DNA of 63,740 nucleotides, the filler included, from Stramenopiles sp. TOSAG23-6 (taxonomy: Eukaryota): NCBI GenBank assembly GCA_900128565.1. It is 12 parts of 12 records of this genome, joined end to end, with 100 filler letters (N's around TTAATTAATTAA, not from the genome) between each part and the next. Parts side by side here need not be neighbours in the genome. Positions count along the whole stretch, not along the records: positions 58,550 to 63,740 come from LT636957.1; 11 more parts are not named here. The stretch is one strand, 5' to 3'. The notes beneath the pieces are model-generated. The model saw nothing but the letters and a program-made list of their open reading frames with translations, was not told the origin of the DNA and made no database searches. Positions 60,881 to 63,740 of this stretch are shown in pieces; within the stretch, counting starts at the first letter, position 1; every line of letters begins with the position of its first letter. The position numbers and the translations under genes are program-made.

Positions 60881-63612
60881 CTACACGTGGTACCTTGAAT
60901 TATTAATAATGTCGTACCCAGCAGACTCTGCTGGGCTTTGTGCTCTTTTTCTATGTGAAACTTGTTTCGTATTATGTCTATGTCTATACGATTGTGCACT
61001 TGATGTACGTTTTGGGTTGTGTTGCCGTTGATCTTTTGTCATTTGTAAATGTTCATACACGATAGAGTTCAAAATATCCTTTTGCGTATTCTTTTTTCCT
61101 TTTCCAAAGTAACGCAACGGTAATTGTTTATTAGTAAGACTCATATCAACATCCTTTTGATGAAGCATTCTCTTACTTGTGCCAGTAGAGTGAGAGTGGT
61201 GTCCGCTGGGTGCTGTGCCATGTCGACGTTCTCTGTTTTTTTTCCAACTTCGTTTTTGTACTCTTTGACTTCTTGATTCTCTCTCTTGACGTGTTTTACC
61301 CATTCTTTTTACATACTTTTTAATATTGATTGATGAATTAACAGTATCGTGTGGTGGCATTGGTGGTTTATGCTTGTTTATATGTCTTTTTGAAGTTGTT
61401 TTGTGCCGAACCAACTCTCCAAAAGACCAGATATTATTCAAATTGGTACTGTTTGTATCCTTACTGTTCTCTTCCAAGTTCCCCGTTGATCTACCTTGTA
61501 CATTTCGAAGTAATCCAATACCTAAATGTCTCTTACGGCGTTCTTCTATTTGTAACATCTGTCTCTGTTGTTCTTCTCTACGCCTCTGCAGTTGTTTCAT
61601 TCGTAGCTCTGCAATTCGATTTGCTTTTGCTTGTGCTAAATCATTGGCTCTTTTTGTCCTTTCGTAATCCACTATTCTTTGACGTTCTTGTTTTTTTATT
61701 CTTGCTTCAGCAGCTAATTTCTCACGTTGTTCCAATGTCATTTTGATTTTTGTCTTGGCTTGTAGTCGTATTTCTTTGCCTTCGGTTGTCTCTTTCAATT
61801 CAGATTGACAACTTGCTGCATCTCTGTCTGCTTTACGTCTTTGGGTTTCTATTCTACTGCTCTCCTCTCGTTCTCTTCTTTTTTCTTTCTCTACAGCTTG
61901 TCTTGCTAAAAATTTTGGATCTTCTGCTTGAATACCTCTTGGTTTTAGCTTTACAATTGCAGCAAATGCACGCATTGAATCCGGTAAGAGACGTTCAAAA
62001 CCAAACAAAACATGATTTTCATATTGTTTCCGTTTACATTCTAAAACTTCACGTCTGGTTCTTATTATATTAGGATCATCCTGGATATACTCTCGTGTTG
62101 TATCCTTGGACTGTGTGAATGAAGTTGAACGGCGACTGTTGCAATGGAGTGCTAATTTTTTAGCTTTTTCTTTACCAAGTAAATCATCTGCGGTTGGCGC
62201 AGCTAATACCAATGCTTCAAGTACCATTGGAGCCTTTACCAACCAGTCTAATCGAGTTGATGTATTTAACATAGGTGAGAGATTTACTTCAAGTAACCAA
62301 GGCTTTAATAATTCATCTAACAAAATATCAAACCCTAGCAATTCAAAAGTACAAAAACCTTCATCAGGGGAATAATATTGCTTGTGACTTGTTTTTAAGT
62401 CGTGTCTTACGCTTAGCATGGTCTTACTCACCAAATCTTTAATATTATTCCATAATTTTTCAGTATTTTCACCTTTTGTTTCTAAATATTCAAATAATGC
62501 AGTTAAAGTCCATTTGCTTCCGGTTTGTTGACATCGAATTAATGAATCACGTTTTTGTTCAATTATATGTTCTCTTGTAGGATTCTTATTTGTACTATAA
62601 TCACTCGATTTACCAGCCAAATATTCACCATCATACATATATGATAACATTTCATATTCTTCGACATTTTTTTTAGCATCAAAATCATCACTACTATCAT
62701 ATGATTCTTTTTCCATTTCTTCATGTTCAAATCCTGATGAAGTCGTTTCGGAACATTGAGTGGTCAAGGTATTCTTTTTTTTCTGGTTTTGATAATTCTG
62801 AATATTAATCCTTTTTTCCATTTCTCTGATTCGGCGCTGTGGACTATGTCGACCGGCAGAAGCAGCGGCAGCGGCAACAGTTGCACTAGTTTCATTATAT
62901 TGCGGATTTTTTTTATTAATGCTATAATTAGTTAAATGCATAAATGTTTTCTTAATATTACTCTCATCAGGTTTCGTGTATTTTTCAGTACAGAAACGTG
63001 CTAAACCTTCTCTATGTAAGAATACACGCAATGTAGGTGTTGTACTAGTAATCAAAACATATAAACGTAAATCAAATTTCATACCATTAATCAGATAAGG
63101 ATTATCAATGTACTGTTGACACACAAACCTGCTCTGCTCTGATTTTCCTTGTTTTTTACGTTTACGATTTCGTGTAGCATACAAATCTGCATTTGGAATG
63201 TCTTGCATCAACTGAATCCCACTGCCACAGGAGCTAATATTTGGTTTACATATAAAGGTTTTTTTTAAACCATTTTCTTCATTCATTCCAAAAGTTTCCC
63301 ACCAAGTATATATGGTACAAAATATTTCAATTATTTTTGTATTTTTTGTTAGGTATGAAATTTTTTCAAATTTTTTTTTTTTCAAATTTTTTTTTTCAAA
63401 TTTTTTTTTTTCAAATTTTTTTTTCTTAGGTAGAAAATGTACTATGAAAAAAATAAAATTAGGATAAAGAAACGTACTTGAATAGCAGGTATTTCATTTG
63501 GACAATTCCAGCTTAAGGGACTAAAGTCATAGTGCTTTGGCAAATTTCGTTGTAAAATTTTCATATTTCGTGCGAGCATGCATTTGGATGTCAAGGACGA
63601 CATTCCTGGTAT
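60881..63612 (-). CDS. Tubulin polyglutamylase (TTLL6/13-like), 5' truncated; intron 63308-63477 (GT...AT) and a truncated insert from 63613
   Basis: IPGM...LARNM; FICKP...GSGI; KFDLRLYVL; EGLARFCT; HLTNYSINK; FELLGFDILLD; PWLLEVN. Confidence 0.92.
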
Positions 63613-63740
63613 ATGTACTGTGAAACAAAAAAGAATTAATTTTGTTTTGTTAGGTACAGAATTTTGTACTATAAAAAAAAAAAAAAAAAAAAAATCGTTT
63701 TTTTTTTCTTGGTAGGAAATTTGGAACGAAATTTTTTTTT

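Overview
AT-rich eukaryotic genomic DNA from a flagellated protist (axonemal dynein, ARMC2, TTLL, SHIPPO repeats); a stramenopile origin is my inference only. The window is 12 unrelated ~5.2-kb contigs joined by artificial N-run/TTAATTAATTAA spacers, and one contig appears twice (5350-10588 and 42638-47848). It holds about 35 gene or gene fragments, a tRNA-Tyr and a divergent H2A/H2B pair. The main signal is a family of ~38 related ~100-nt AT-rich inserts that interrupt coding sequences, sense to the host gene. Consensus: GTAYGTTTT...TTTCGTACGAAATTTTGTACCTAAC...AAATATTTTTCACAATAC-NN. Conserved proteins (EttA, ARMC2, GT32, MIOS, ZZ finger, WRKY19-like finger, CobW, TTLL) are restored only if the insert is removed from the GT to two bases past the CAATAC motif. 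The acceptor dinucleotide is then mostly not AG (AT, TT, GT, TG; AG in a minority) and usually copies the last two bases of the upstream exon. This looks like an introner-type family of non-canonical GT-NN introns with a 2-bp target-site duplication, implying an AG-independent acceptor rule. The repeats also break the assembly and appear to mis-join it. Splicing is inferred from reading frames, not from transcripts.
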